Below, piece after piece: positions 42,479-55,632 of a DNA stretch of 64,000 nt. A program made the translations under genes and the position numbers. Each line of letters begins with the position of its first letter. The stretch's first letter is position 1. The notes below the pieces were generated by a model. The model saw only the letters and a list, made by a program, of their open reading frames with translations, made no database searches and had not been told where the DNA came from. This DNA comes from Octopus vulgaris (taxonomy: Eukaryota): positions 1,798,001 through 1,862,000 of the forward strand of contig OX597837.1 in NCBI GenBank assembly GCA_951406725.2, read 5' to 3'.

Positions 42479-43570
42479 ACCTGTAAATGTGTATGTGTGT
42501 GTGTGAGTGTGGGCGTGTGTGGGTGTGTGAGTACGTGCGTGTGTGTGTGTGCGTGCGTGCTTGTCTCAGACCACCGCTGGATAACTGGTATTGGTTTGTT
42601 TACGTGACCCGCAAAATTAACAGTTCGGAAAGAAAGAACGACAGGATAAGTTGTACCAGACGTTAAAAAAATGGGAAAAACAAGCATTGATGTTGATTTG
42701 TCCGACTAAAACGTTTCCAAGGTGGGCGATGCCACAGTATGGCCACAGTCCAGTGACTGAAAAAAAACAAATAAACTATATATTTTTCTGTCTATAGATG
42801 TTGTTTCCTGTAAATATCAATGGCTGAACAAGATGGCAGTTACAAGCAAAAAAGCCCCATTATTACAAAGGAAACAATTCCAGTGATTATATACCCAACT
42901 GTTTCCCTTCCAGGTGTTTTAGTTTCTCTCTCACACACACAAACACAACATACACATAGTCATACCTGTACGAACTTTCCAAGATGCAAAACCCAAAGAG
43001 AGAACTACCAACGAGGTATCCTCTATGTGGCCACTTAAACCCCACCCACAAACACATACACACTGCAAGGAATAGTAGCCAAATGCTCGTTCAAATCACA
43101 CTTCATCGTCTTAAATCACCGTGGAATTTACGGTACCTGATGTATAAAAATGCAGGATGGTCATGGACGGAATGCCCTTGATAACAGATTTTTTTTAATC
43201 AGTACTCAGCAACACACACACACAAAAGAATGTGTGTCGGTTGATGTAATTTCGAAAAGCAATTGAAAAGCCAGCTATTTCCCACATGTAAAACAAGGCC
43301 ACCATTTGTGTGTGACAGGCCACAACAACAACAACAGCAACAACATCGTTGTAGTTGTTGTTGTTGTTGTAGCAATTTCTATGACAACATACATTGACAG
43401 TATTTACACCGGCTGACATTGGAATTGGATAATTGGCCAATTGACGGAACTCTATCCTCTACAGACACTCTTTCGTCCCTCTCCCCTTCTCTTTCTCGCT
43501 CTCTCTCTCCACACATATACACAAACACACATGCACTAACATCTATATATGTTCTTAGGGTACATATGAT

Positions 43571-43637
43571 GACGATGACGTCGACGTGTATGGTGACGAT
43601 GGCGTCGACGTGTATGGTGACGATGGCGTCGACGTGT
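43571..43637. repeat. 24-bp minisatellite, about 2.7 copies
   Basis: Unit GACGATGGCGTCGACGTGTATGGT. Confidence 0.85.
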
Positions 43638-43693
43638 GTGTGTGTGGGTATCAATTGAATACATGCGTGAGCGGGTCATTCTATGTTTATGTA

Positions 43694-43860
43694 GGCGCTC
43701 TGGCGTGGCTGTGTGGTAAGAAGTTTGCTTTCTCCCACTTGGTTCCGGGTTCAGCCCCATACCGTGACATTTTGGGCAAGGGTCTTCTACTATGATCCTT
43801 GGCTGATCAACGCTTTGTGAGTGGATTTGGTAGACGGAACCTGAAAGAAACCCGTCATAC
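43694..43860 (+). mobile_element. SINE family 2 (5' half)
   Basis: GTGGCTGTGTGGTAAG A-box-like, GGTTCAGCCCC B-box-like, TTGTGAGTGGATTTGGTAGACGGAA. Confidence 0.85.
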
Positions 43861-43870
43861 ACACATACAC

Positions 43871-43922
<52 letters not shown>

Positions 43923-44023
43923 AAGTACAATAGCGAGTAAATTGCAATAAACATAATAAAAATAATATATAACAGCCATAATTCACATTATATATATATA
44001 TATATATATATAGAGAGATATAT

Positions 44024-44070
<47 letters not shown>

Positions 44071-44394
44071 GACAAATCGACCCCAGTAATCATTCTATCG
44101 ATCTTTTTGGCCGAATGACTGTGTACCGGTCGTGAACACACCGACACTGGTTGTCACTGGAGCTAATGTAATCGACTTAACCCTTCCAACGAAATTTCTG
44201 GCCTGGGTCTAAGATTTTATCGGACCATATGGAGGAGATCCCTGAGAGATCGACTCCCACGACCCTACAGGAATTGTGGGAAGAGGAGGTGGATGGATGA
44301 ATGTGTAGCGCAAACATTCATTAAACGTTGACGGCAATATCGTATGGAGGAGCTGTCTCTCGTGTTAGTTTGCAGCGCCTAACTTTACGGCGTC

Positions 44395-44440
44395 TGCCGC
44401 TGAGGAGGAGATAACCACTCGGAAATGTATGCATCCAACA
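44395..44440 (+). ncRNA. Type I minimal hammerhead ribozyme motif inside the FAS1 gene intron (sense)
   Basis: TGCCG CTGAGGA G-GAG-ATAACCA-CTC-G GAA ATGTATGCAT C CAACA. Core intact, near-palindromic stem III, AUC triplet, stem I with two C.A mismatches. Confidence 0.68.
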
Positions 44441-44770
44441 CTCTAGTTAGGGAAAGTTGTCACCTGACTCGGTATATTTGCACTTATTTGTTTACAGCCA
44501 AAGATTTTCTCCATGACAAAATGCAGTGGATCGCTTTTTTACGGGTTCGAATTTTGTCCCAAACTTGGTAGAGAGAGAGAGTGAGAGAGAGAGAATGAAA
44601 AAGAGAGAGAGAACTTGAATGTACAAGTGTGTATATATTTTTATACGTTATTATTTATGCATTTCCATGTGTGTGTGTGAGAGAGAGGGAGAGAGAGAGA
44701 GAGAGAGTTCTGACTACCATTTGTATTTTCCTTTTTTAAAAATATATGTACTTACTGTTTATTATTTCAG

Positions 44771-44885
44771 GTTATGGGAGCCCATATAGCTAACGGTACA
44801 ATGCGGTACAAAGATACGTTTCGCTATGGTGAAGTGCTCCGGGCTTCCGTAGACCAAATCTACATCATCAAACAAGACGGCAATT
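44771..44885 (+). CDS. Internal coding exon B of the FAS1-domain protein
   Basis: Acceptor tgtttattatttcag|, donor T|gtaagt. Translates VMGAHIANGTMRYKDTFRYGEVLRASVDQIYIIKQDGN plus 1 nt. Phase 0 start matches exon A, phase 1 end matches exon C. The His falls at the FAS1 YH position. Confidence 0.88.
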
Positions 44886-45112
44886 GTAAGTTACAAAAAT
44901 ACACTAAAACTATAAAAATGTGCATTGTGTGTGTGTGTTTGTATACGTGCGTATGTTCGCGCCCGCGCGCGCAAATTGATGAATAGGGATGTGTTGAGGA
45001 CGTCACGTCCTATGCTCCTATATTTGTCTGTTGCGTATAAAGATGAAAAACTTGTGTATCAGCTTTGTTATTTTTATCAATGTACGATTTTGTGTGTATG
45101 TGAAAACACATG

Positions 45113-45488
45113 TCTCAGTGCTTAGAGTGTCGGTCTTATAATCTTGAGGTTGTGAGTCTGATTTTCGGACCGGGCTATATGTTGTGTTCTTGAGCAAGAC
45201 ACTTTACTTCATGTTGCTTCAGTTCACTCATCTGAAGCAAGACACTTTACTTCATGTTGCTTCAGTTCACTCATCTGAAGAAATGAGTTGCGACATCACC
45301 GGTGCCAATCTGTATCGGCCCCTTTGCCCTTTACTTTGCATGGCATCGATGGCGTGAAGAGGTGGGATTGGTTTACTTGGGCGACCGTTAGTCTTTCACA
45401 AACAAACTTACCTAGACTTGTGCTTCTGAAAGAAACTTTCTAGCTGCAATCCGAAGGTCATTCGTGACCGAAGTGAGGTCTTTACACT
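45113..45488 (+). mobile_element. tRNA-derived SINE family 3 (CORE/Meta-like central domain)
   Basis: tRNA-like head, central TGTGTTCTTGAGCAAGACACTT...CAGTTCACTCATCTG. Homologous in reverse to 15501-15748. Confidence 0.8.
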
Positions 45489-45730
45489 TTATATGTAGGT
45501 GGGAATAGCACAGAAGTAAATCTAAGACATTTTCAATTTAAGGGGGAATTTAATAAAAATGATTTTAAAAATTATATTAAGAAGATACTACCGGTTTCCA
45601 TGTATCACATCAAGTATCAGTAAAAATTTATTTTTATATTTATAAGCACAGTTTATCTTCTTTCTGGGGGTTAAGAACATTTTCATATATAAAAATTGTA
45701 TTTGTGTAGATCTTTTTTCAACACACACAC

Positions 45731-45800
<70 letters not shown>

Positions 45801-45889
45801 CATCAGGTGGTCAAACATCGTGATTCGGATATATGCTAATAGCAATGAATCACGGTGGTTGGGAAGCTTTATTTAATCTGTCTAAATAT

Positions 45890-46074
45890 CGGTTTCAAAT
45901 TTTGGCGCGAAGCCAGCAATTTTGTAGGATAGGGTAAGTCGATTACCTCGACCCCAGCGCTCAGCTAGTGCTTATTTTATCGACCCCGAAAGGATGAACT
46001 TAGAAAATGAGGACGGCCGAAATGTCGCAAAGCATTTTGTTCGGCGTAGTAACGTTTCTGCCATCTCGCCACCT
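45890..46074 (-). mobile_element. SINE family 1
   Basis: Reverse-complement family 1 motifs with an internal deletion. Confidence 0.75.
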
Positions 46075-46112
46075 TAATCTGTCTGCATACTGAAATTAAA
46101 TTATATTATACA

Positions 46113-46508
46113 CTTTTTACTCTTTTACTTGTTTCAGTCATTTGACTGTGGCCATGCTGGAGCACCGCCTTTAGTCGAACAAATTGACCCCAGGACTTAT
46201 TCTTTGTAAGCTTAGTACTTATTCTATCGGTCTATTTTGCCGAACCGCGAAGTACGGGGACGTAAACACACCAGCATCGGTTGTCAAGTGATGTTGGTGG
46301 GACAAACACAGACACAGAAAAATATACACACACATACATATATACGACGGGCTTCTTTCACTTTCCGTCTACCAAATCCACTCACAAAGCTTTGGCTGGC
46401 CCGAGGCTATAGTAGAAGACACTTGCCGAAGGTGTCACGCAGTGGGACTGAACCCGGAACCATCTGGTTCGTAAGCAAGCTACTTACCACACGGCCACTC
46501 CTACGCCT
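46113..46508 (-). mobile_element. SINE family 2, most complete copy
   Basis: Full reverse-complement element from the tRNA-like head (GGCGTAGGAGTGGCCGTGTGGTAAG) to the AAACAAGTAAAAGAGTAAAA tail. Confidence 0.9.
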
Positions 46509-47330
46509 ATATGTAAAATATTTTTAACAAACTCTACAGTTTCATTAATCTGCGTTTGACGACTAATTAATCTTTATCATCATGTACTGAGAGTTTCTTT
46601 CTGTATTTTGCAAAACGAGAGATGTATATGAGGTCGTGTTCGCGTGTGTATACGAGTGTATATATCAATTTTGTGCAAATGAGTGTCTGAAAAAAAAGAT
46701 GTGTCTCAGTCATTGCTGGGTTTCGCGAATGTCTAGAGGTATCGCATTAGGTCAATTATTTCAATGTACATAGTTTATCAAAGTATACATAAATATAGGA
46801 CAGAGAGATAGATAGGTATGTATAATTAAGCTTAAATATTAAGTGTGCGTGTATATATATACATATCTTAAAAACACATATTTACAATTATATATGTACA
46901 TACCTACGTGTATGAATAAATATACTTACACACAGGAATACTTACGCGTATGTTATATACATGTAGGCATATATATATATATATATTAAGTACATATATA
47001 TACGCATACAGACACACGCACGTATATATGTATACAGGTAGGCGCACACAAGAACATATACACACATGCTGGTAGTCAGACACACACACGCATTTATATA
47101 ATACAACAATGTGTTGAGGCCATTGTTTTACGTTGACTGACCATTAAATGAAGTCCCAGCAGAGAAAGAACTAATTTTTATAGCTTCATCTCTGTCTTAC
47201 ATAATGTAGACAACGTCACTGTCTTGCTGTATGTATGTGTGACAGGATACGGGTGTATATGCATATATATACACACACACACAAGTTTGTGTGTACATAC
47301 TCTTACGCTAATGCTACGCATATTGGAAAC

Positions 47331-47361
<31 letters not shown>

Positions 47362-47864
47362 CTGTGTGTGTGTGTTAATGTATATGCATAACAATATATG
47401 TACGCATAACAATATAAAAATGTGTGTATATTTATCTACGCACTCAAGCACAAATTTATACACACTAAACAGACATATGGATGTTTATGCCTATATACAC
47501 GCATACACATATGTGTTCCTAGTTATACATGTTGCATAGGCTTGATGTAGAATGCATATTAACACACACACACACACACACACACGTGTATATACCAACA
47601 AACATCCACTTACAGAAGCATAAACAAAAATATACATATGCGTGTGTGTGTGTAGGTGTGTGTGTGTGTGTATTCCTTTGTTTTACATTAACCGACCATT
47701 AAATGAAGTCCCACTAGAGAACTAATTCTTTATACGGGTTTGCGAGTGTGTCTCTCTATAACTGTACGAATTTACATACTTTACACGTTCATATATAGGT
47801 GTGTGTGTTTGTGTTTTTGCATATGTCTGCATCGAAGTATGCATTTATATATCTTTGTATGTGT

Positions 47865-47897
<33 letters not shown>

Positions 47898-48330
47898 ATT
47901 TTTTTCGGTCTTCCTTTCATGTGTGCGTCTCTAATAATTTCCAGTTACACCTTGCTGGGCTGATATTGTCTATGTACGTACTTTCCGCCGTTTTACATGC
48001 ATCAATAAAGTCGATATAGTGTAAAGGAATGAATGAATGACTCGGTGAAGGTCTGTGTTCGGTTGCGGAATTTATTAGCAAGTATATATATATGTGTGTG
48101 TGTGTGTGTTTGTGTGTGTGTGTATGTGTGTGTGTGTGCGTGCGTGTGTGTGTGTGTGTATATGTATATATATATATTATGTGTTTATGAATACATATAT
48201 ATATATATGCATATATGTATGCATATATATGTATGTATGTATATATGTATATATAATATATATATATATATATATATGTATAGATATAGGTATATATATA
48301 TGATATATATGTATATATATATATATATAT

Positions 48331-48392
<62 letters not shown>

Positions 48393-48595
48393 AGAGAGAG
48401 AGAGATAGTTGTTTTTTAAGAGGTCGTTTTATATCTGCTTTAATGCGATAATCGTATACTCACATAAACACAAGCATATATATATTCTTTTATATATATT
48501 TCGTGTAAAGGTAATATATATATATATACATATACATGCATAATATACAACTATGTGCGCGCGTACGCGTGTGTATGTGGTTGTGTTTCCGCTTA

Positions 48596-48830
48596 TCTCA
48601 GTGGCTAAGGATTTGCAGTCTTGATTGAAAGATTGTGGTTTCAGTTCCTGGACCGGGTGAGACTTTGTGCTCTTGAGCAAAACACTTCACTTTATATTGC
48701 CCCAGTCCACTCAGCTGTCAAAAATGAGTAATCCTGCGATGGACTAGCGTCCCGTCCATGTGAGGAATATGCACATCATGGAAAGCGGGGAACCGATCCC
48801 TTAAGTTTATATGACTCGCGAAGTAACTTT
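48596..48830 (+). mobile_element. SINE family 3-related copy
   Basis: CTCAGTGGCTAAG head, then CTTGAGCAAAACACTTCAC...CCAGTCCACTCAGCTG...AATGAGT. Confidence 0.7.
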
Positions 48831-49038
48831 TCATATATAGGTGTGCTCCAGTATAGCCGTAGCCAAATAAAAGAATATTCCGACATTTGATCCCAAATAT
48901 TTTGACATAAACGTATTTTAAAACATCGAATAAAATTCAACGGAATTCATTTTGGCTAAATGTGCTTAATTTTGGAGTTGGTGTGAAAATAAAACAACAA
49001 AGTATCTAAATATCTCATTTATCTGTACACACACACAC

Positions 49039-49084
<46 letters not shown>

Positions 49085-50148
49085 GACAGGCTTCCAAAGT
49101 TCCTGTCTCCTAAATACACTCGCAAGGCATTGATCTGCCTGGGACTATTGCAGAAAACATTTGCTCAAGGTGCCGCACTGTTAACTCGAAACAATAGTGT
49201 TGGAAAGTGAGTTTCTTGACGACACAGCGACCCATGCACCTCTCTATCTTTGCTTATAGCAGTAAAGAAAAAAAATCTTTGATCTGTTTAATTTCTAAAA
49301 GAGAAAAAGTAGATTATAGACGTCAACAACGAGAATTAGTAATAACGGAACAAAGAACAATACGTAACAATCAAGTGAGAACAGGGATTGATAACACGGT
49401 ACCGACCAGTCTATCATATGTTATACAACGCTGGTCACAATGCGTTTTGCAATGTTTTGGTTCTCGAATGACTCCACCCCGCTGGCTAGGGGAGTACTCC
49501 AACATTCGGAAAGTTATTCTGTCGCTGATCGGTAAGCTATTCCGTCACATGGTCACCCGTTTAGACCGGAATGGACTGGAACAATATGAAATGGAGTGTT
49601 TTACTCAAGAACACAACGCGTTGTCATGGCTGGGACTCGAACCCAGGCTCCAGCGATCGTGAATGAAACATACTAACCACTAGACATCGCGCCTTCCCTA
49701 GGTGTTGATATAATCGACGACAAGATCCCAGTATGACCCAATGTACACCAGCATGGTGGTCTTTGGAGGACAGCCATTATGTGAATCTGCAGAATGGCCA
49801 CGATCCAATGCTTGGACGCAGTTGTAGAATGAAATATTCAAAGAAAGCGTCCATCGAGGTAAAAACGGTGCAGAGATCTTTTCCTTGCAATAGTTTATCA
49901 CATCTGATGGAGTGTGGCACTGAGTTAATGTTGCGTTAATTTTGTAGTGGTTAACACAAAATACCGGAAGAAAATGTACGGGAAGGCCACGACAGGAACA
50001 ACTTTAAAATGATGATATATGATCGTGTGATAAGGACAGTTTAACCTGGTCGGCCGCAACTGCAGTAGAAATGTTCATGTAGCAAGAAATAACAGATTAC
50101 TTTGCCAGAAGCAATATAACAAATTTCAACTATATTGGAGTGCCAACT

Positions 50149-50239
<91 letters not shown>

Positions 50240-50322
50240 CGAAACGTGAATGAGTATTTCGATATTCATACGTAAAATACAAGAATACAGGTATGTATAA
50301 GGGACATCTGGAATACCAACTA

Positions 50323-50360
<38 letters not shown>

Positions 50361-50553
50361 GAGGATGTGTATGTGAATGATTGAACAGGAAGACAGGCGA
50401 ACAGAGAAATAGAGAGCGTAATGAAAGCAAGCAGATACAAGATAATGGTGAATACACAAACCAATCTCCCATCTGTGTTCTAACCAATCAGACAAAGATT
50501 TACGAAGAAAAAATGACGAAGCAACAAAATTAAATACAAAAGACTTACACAAA

Positions 50554-50624
<71 letters not shown>

Positions 50625-51221
50625 TGTGTTGCGTGTGTTTGAGCCTACGTACGTACATAGATTGTACATTTACAATGGGCGAGCGAAAATTTGGCCAGTC
50701 GTGCACAAGAATGAAATTATGTATATGGAACACTTAAAAGGTCCTATAGCAGAGAGGTAATCTGGCAGGAGAGAAATGGGTTGTGTGTGTATTAAAAGTT
50801 AAATACAAGAGAAAAGAAGAGCAGCGAATTGGATGGCAACGGAGTAAACGAGGCGTACATAGTTATCACATATAACAAGACAGTGGAAACTATAATATCT
50901 TTTATATGTATGTTTATAGATGCGAGTGTATAGCGGTGGAGACTCCTGTGTTAATATATATTATATAGTCATCTATATATAGTTATTGTGTGTTTGAAAG
51001 CATTAGTGACAGGTTTCCTTTTATGTATTTTTGTTTCTTCAGAACTTGCAAAGGTTTTCCTTTATTCTCCCACCCACCTCATACAGCCTGTCTGCCATTT
51101 TCCCTTTTGCGTGCGTGCGTGCGTGCGTGCGTGTGTGCGCGGCTGTGTGTGTACAGACATACATACACACCCTAGTATACATTTTGATATGTTTGAACAA
51201 TCTATATGTACGTACATACGC

Positions 51222-51252
<31 letters not shown>

Positions 51253-51481
51253 TACACATGCACATATATATAAACACACGCATATGTATATATATATATA
51301 TATAAAACATATTTATATATACATACATAAGCACTTTAATATGTATTCTGATATATATGTTTGTTTAATTGTTACATATATATATGTGTGTGTGTTTGTG
51401 TGTATACACACACATGTATATGTATGTATGTGTATATATATATATATATATATTTGAATTTTAATACAGGTAAACGCATGT

Positions 51482-51535
<54 letters not shown>

Positions 51536-51905
51536 CAACAAAACATTCGTGTGTGTATATAAAATACTTGTAAGTCTATGTCGTTGTTTGGGAGTGTATA
51601 TATATATATATATATATATTTATGTATGTATATATATATATATATAATCTGTCCATGTCAACATACACATTAGCAATAAGTTCTGAGTTTTGAGTGCGGG
51701 GTGGGGTGCGGTGTAAAGTAGTCGAGGCGTGCCTTAATTGTTCAGCTAATGCAGTAACCACTGTCCGTAAGAATATTGCAATTGCTCACAACACGTGACC
51801 TGTTAGGCTTCAACAGTGAAATAGTTTCTCGGCCAAGAAATTCCTTGCCAAGGAAATGCTTAATGGTTCTCTCCATACAAATACCACGCGAATATATCCA
51901 TACAT

Positions 51906-51976
<71 letters not shown>

Positions 51977-52283
51977 CATCTATGCGTATATATATATATA
52001 TATATATACACCTACACTCGTGTTAGCGTTTCTGAATGGTTGTGCATATGCATTTATGTAGGTATATATATATATATATAGAAATGTATGTTCGCATGCA
52101 TCTACGTAAACATAGCTGAGTATATACAGATATGGTTCCAGTGTATAAAGTATGGTTTTATTGAATGATAGCTGCAGATCATCAGACAGACTGGCAAACA
52201 GACAAGCTGAATATATATGTGTGTGTGTGTATACATATATGTATATAAATGTATGTATATATATATATGTACATTTATGTATA

Positions 52284-52330
<47 letters not shown>

Positions 52331-52763
52331 CTAAATCGAATAGATAGAATTTTTACATATATATATGTACACGCACATACCTAGAAGCATATATATATAT
52401 ATATATATATACATAAATACACACACAGCTGCAGCAATGTGTTCGTGCATACACCTAAATACAAAGACGTATTCTTTTAATCATGGTATACAAGCACACA
52501 CACATACACACATGTGCATGTATGGGTGTGTGTACTGTGTAGCTTAGAAGATTCAGATATACATAGACACATCATATATAGATGTAGTAACAATTGTGGC
52601 TTTCTGTATGACTAGTATGCTAACTAATATTACATATAACGTTATGGTGTTCATAATCTGTTTATAATCATCTAGATATGCAGTGAAAGCTAAAATTTCT
52701 GAATCGATATTTTGTAACAGAGTTTAGTATACATATATCGGCGCAGGAGTGGCTGTGCGCTAC

Positions 52764-52795
<32 letters not shown>

Positions 52796-52816
52796 TTGCA
52801 CACACAAATATACATA

Positions 52817-52980
52817 GGCGGAGGAGTAACTGTGTGGTAAGTAGCTAGCTTACGAATAACGTGGTTCCGGGTTCAGTCCCACTGCATGGCACCTTCGCAA
52901 GTGTCTTCTACTCTAGCCTCGGGCCGACCAAAGCGTTGTGAGTGGATTTGGTTGACGGAAACTGAAAGAAGCTCGTCGTG
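52817..52980 (+). mobile_element. SINE family 2 (5' half)
   Basis: GGCGGAGGAGTAACTGTGTGGTAAG...GGTTCCGGGTTCAGTCCCACTGC...GAGTGGATTTGG. Confidence 0.85.
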
Positions 52981-53029
<49 letters not shown>

Positions 53030-53064
53030 ATGTATGTATGTATGTATGTATGTATGTATGTATA

Positions 53065-53128
<64 letters not shown>

Positions 53129-53136
53129 TGTTTATA

Positions 53137-53350
53137 CGAGGTTATGCTGAAGAGTTTCTGGCTTCCGGTAAAAGTAAAATACAGGAGGATCTGTTTGATT
53201 TTATTCAACATATTCCCCTCTCGGATCCACCCACTTATTGCAGTGGTCTTTCAGTTTTTCAAAGCTGTGTAAAAGAGCCGGGATGGTTGGGCATCGAAGC
53301 AGGCCTTTTGCGACATCGTTAAAGCCAGGAACTTTTCAGCACCTCCTTTC
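53137..53350. mobile_element. Mariner-derived MITE
   Basis: Left end TA|CGAGGTTATGCTGAAGAGTTTCTGGCT and inverted right end AGCCAGGAACTTTTCAGCACCTCCT. No coding capacity. Confidence 0.7.
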
Positions 53351-54140
53351 TCGCAGACATCTATAGGCTTACATATACATTGATGTGTATGCATGGCAAG
53401 AGTCTCAAATAATCGCAATCGATAGAAAGAAAGGTAAAACGTGATGTAATTATATAAAATTTCTTCTCTGACTGAGACAGATATACAGTTAGACAGACAC
53501 ACTGATATAAGAATTTATAACTGGATAGATCTATATATATGTGTATATATATATATATAAGCACAAAATTAGATTCATGAATAAATCGATGTGTACACAC
53601 AAACATACACACCTGGCTCTCTATATACTGCAATAAATACATATAAGCAACAATGTAAAAATTCAGAAAAATTTATGCAAATGTTGCAGTCATATCTGTG
53701 CGTATATATATATATATACACGCACACACACGCACGCACACACACACACACACAGAGTAAGTAAGTGAGTGCGTGAGATACACACAAAATCTTTCTGCCC
53801 TCCACACACACGTATGTGTGTGCGTAGAGAGAGGGGAGCCCCAATACACAGATATGTACATATAGAGGTACATATATTTATGTAAGATTTGGATTGTGTT
53901 CACACGGTTCTTTTGTGTTGGTCCGTTACGACATCATTCTGCGATGGTTTGCTTGGAGAGAAAGAAAGTAAAATCTGTTATTATCTGAAATAATATAGTT
54001 AGCTTTAAATAACTGTCTATCTTTCTGTTGTGATAAGATATTAGTAATACCTCACTGATTTGTGCAGTGAAAGTAATAAGAGATATAGACATTGGGATGG
54101 ATGGATAGATAAATATACAGACAGATAGACAGATAGACAT

Positions 54141-54183
<43 letters not shown>

Positions 54184-54299
54184 CATAGATACATAGATAA
54201 GTATATAAGTACAAAGAGAGAGGGTACTTAATGTTAGATAGATAGGTAAATGGATATAGGATATCAACAGACGGCGTAATGGAATTAGCTACACGCAAA

Positions 54300-54420
54300 T
54301 ATGTGTGTATGTATGTCTATGTATTATATATATATATATGTATATATACTGTGAATATATATAATGTATATATATATGTATATGTAATGTAATGTATATA
54401 TATATATATAAATGTATGCA

Positions 54421-54473
<53 letters not shown>

Positions 54474-54755
54474 ATATGTATATATATGTATATATATGTA
54501 TGTATATATATATATGTATATATATGTTTATATGTATGTATGTATATATATGTTTATATGTATGTATGTATATATATATATGCATATATATGTATATATG
54601 TATACATATATATATATATGTATCTATATATATGTGTGTATATATACCTATATATATATATGTGTATATATATATGCTTATATATGTATATATATCTGCA
54701 TATATATTTATATATGTATGTATATATATATATGCATATATACATGTATATATGT

Positions 54756-54801
<46 letters not shown>

Positions 54802-54894
54802 GAATATATACCTATATATATGTGTGTATATATATCTGTATATATATATATATATATATATGCATATATATGTATATATATTTGCACATATATG

Positions 54895-54935
<41 letters not shown>
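54300..54935. repeat. Compound AT-rich dinucleotide tract
   Basis: Direct inspection. About 630 nt of interrupted (TA)n/(TATG)n. Confidence 0.95.
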
Positions 54936-54936
<1 letters not shown>

Positions 54937-55081
54937 CACACACACCATGTAAGGAATGTGGAATAGTTCAGAAAGACCGGACGATTCCGTAGTAACGCTT
55001 GTGTGTGTGATCGCGCGCACACATGCAATCACAAAAACATGTATCCGCAGGTGTATACATACTCACACTCTGTCTCTCCCC

Positions 55082-55154
<73 letters not shown>

Positions 55155-55451
55155 TATTGATTTTTATGAGTTCCTATACGACGCACATACATACATATAT
55201 GTATGTACGTATTTATTTTCACGTATGTATAAATGGCAATTTATTTTCATGTTCGTGGACTTTTGTAAATGTGTGAATATATGTCTGATATAAATTTCTT
55301 TCCGTTGTTTTGAATAAAGAACATTTTTGAATACAAAGTATATGCAAATGAAGCTGAGGTACAAAACATGAGGAACTTCGATTCTGTTTCTGTGTTCGAG
55401 TGGGTAGCTCTGAGCATGCGTGTACGCGTGTAGAAGCATACGCGCGTGTGC

Positions 55452-55586
<135 letters not shown>

Positions 55587-55632
55587 TATCTTTATTCTTC
55601 TTGGCAACAGTTGTTCGTATTAGCCGAACGAA

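Noticed and set aside
49899-49978. CUGAUGGA followed by a long imperfect hairpin and ACAU/AUGU stem
   Set aside because: Both core boxes are altered and there is no NUH triplet; too degenerate to call.
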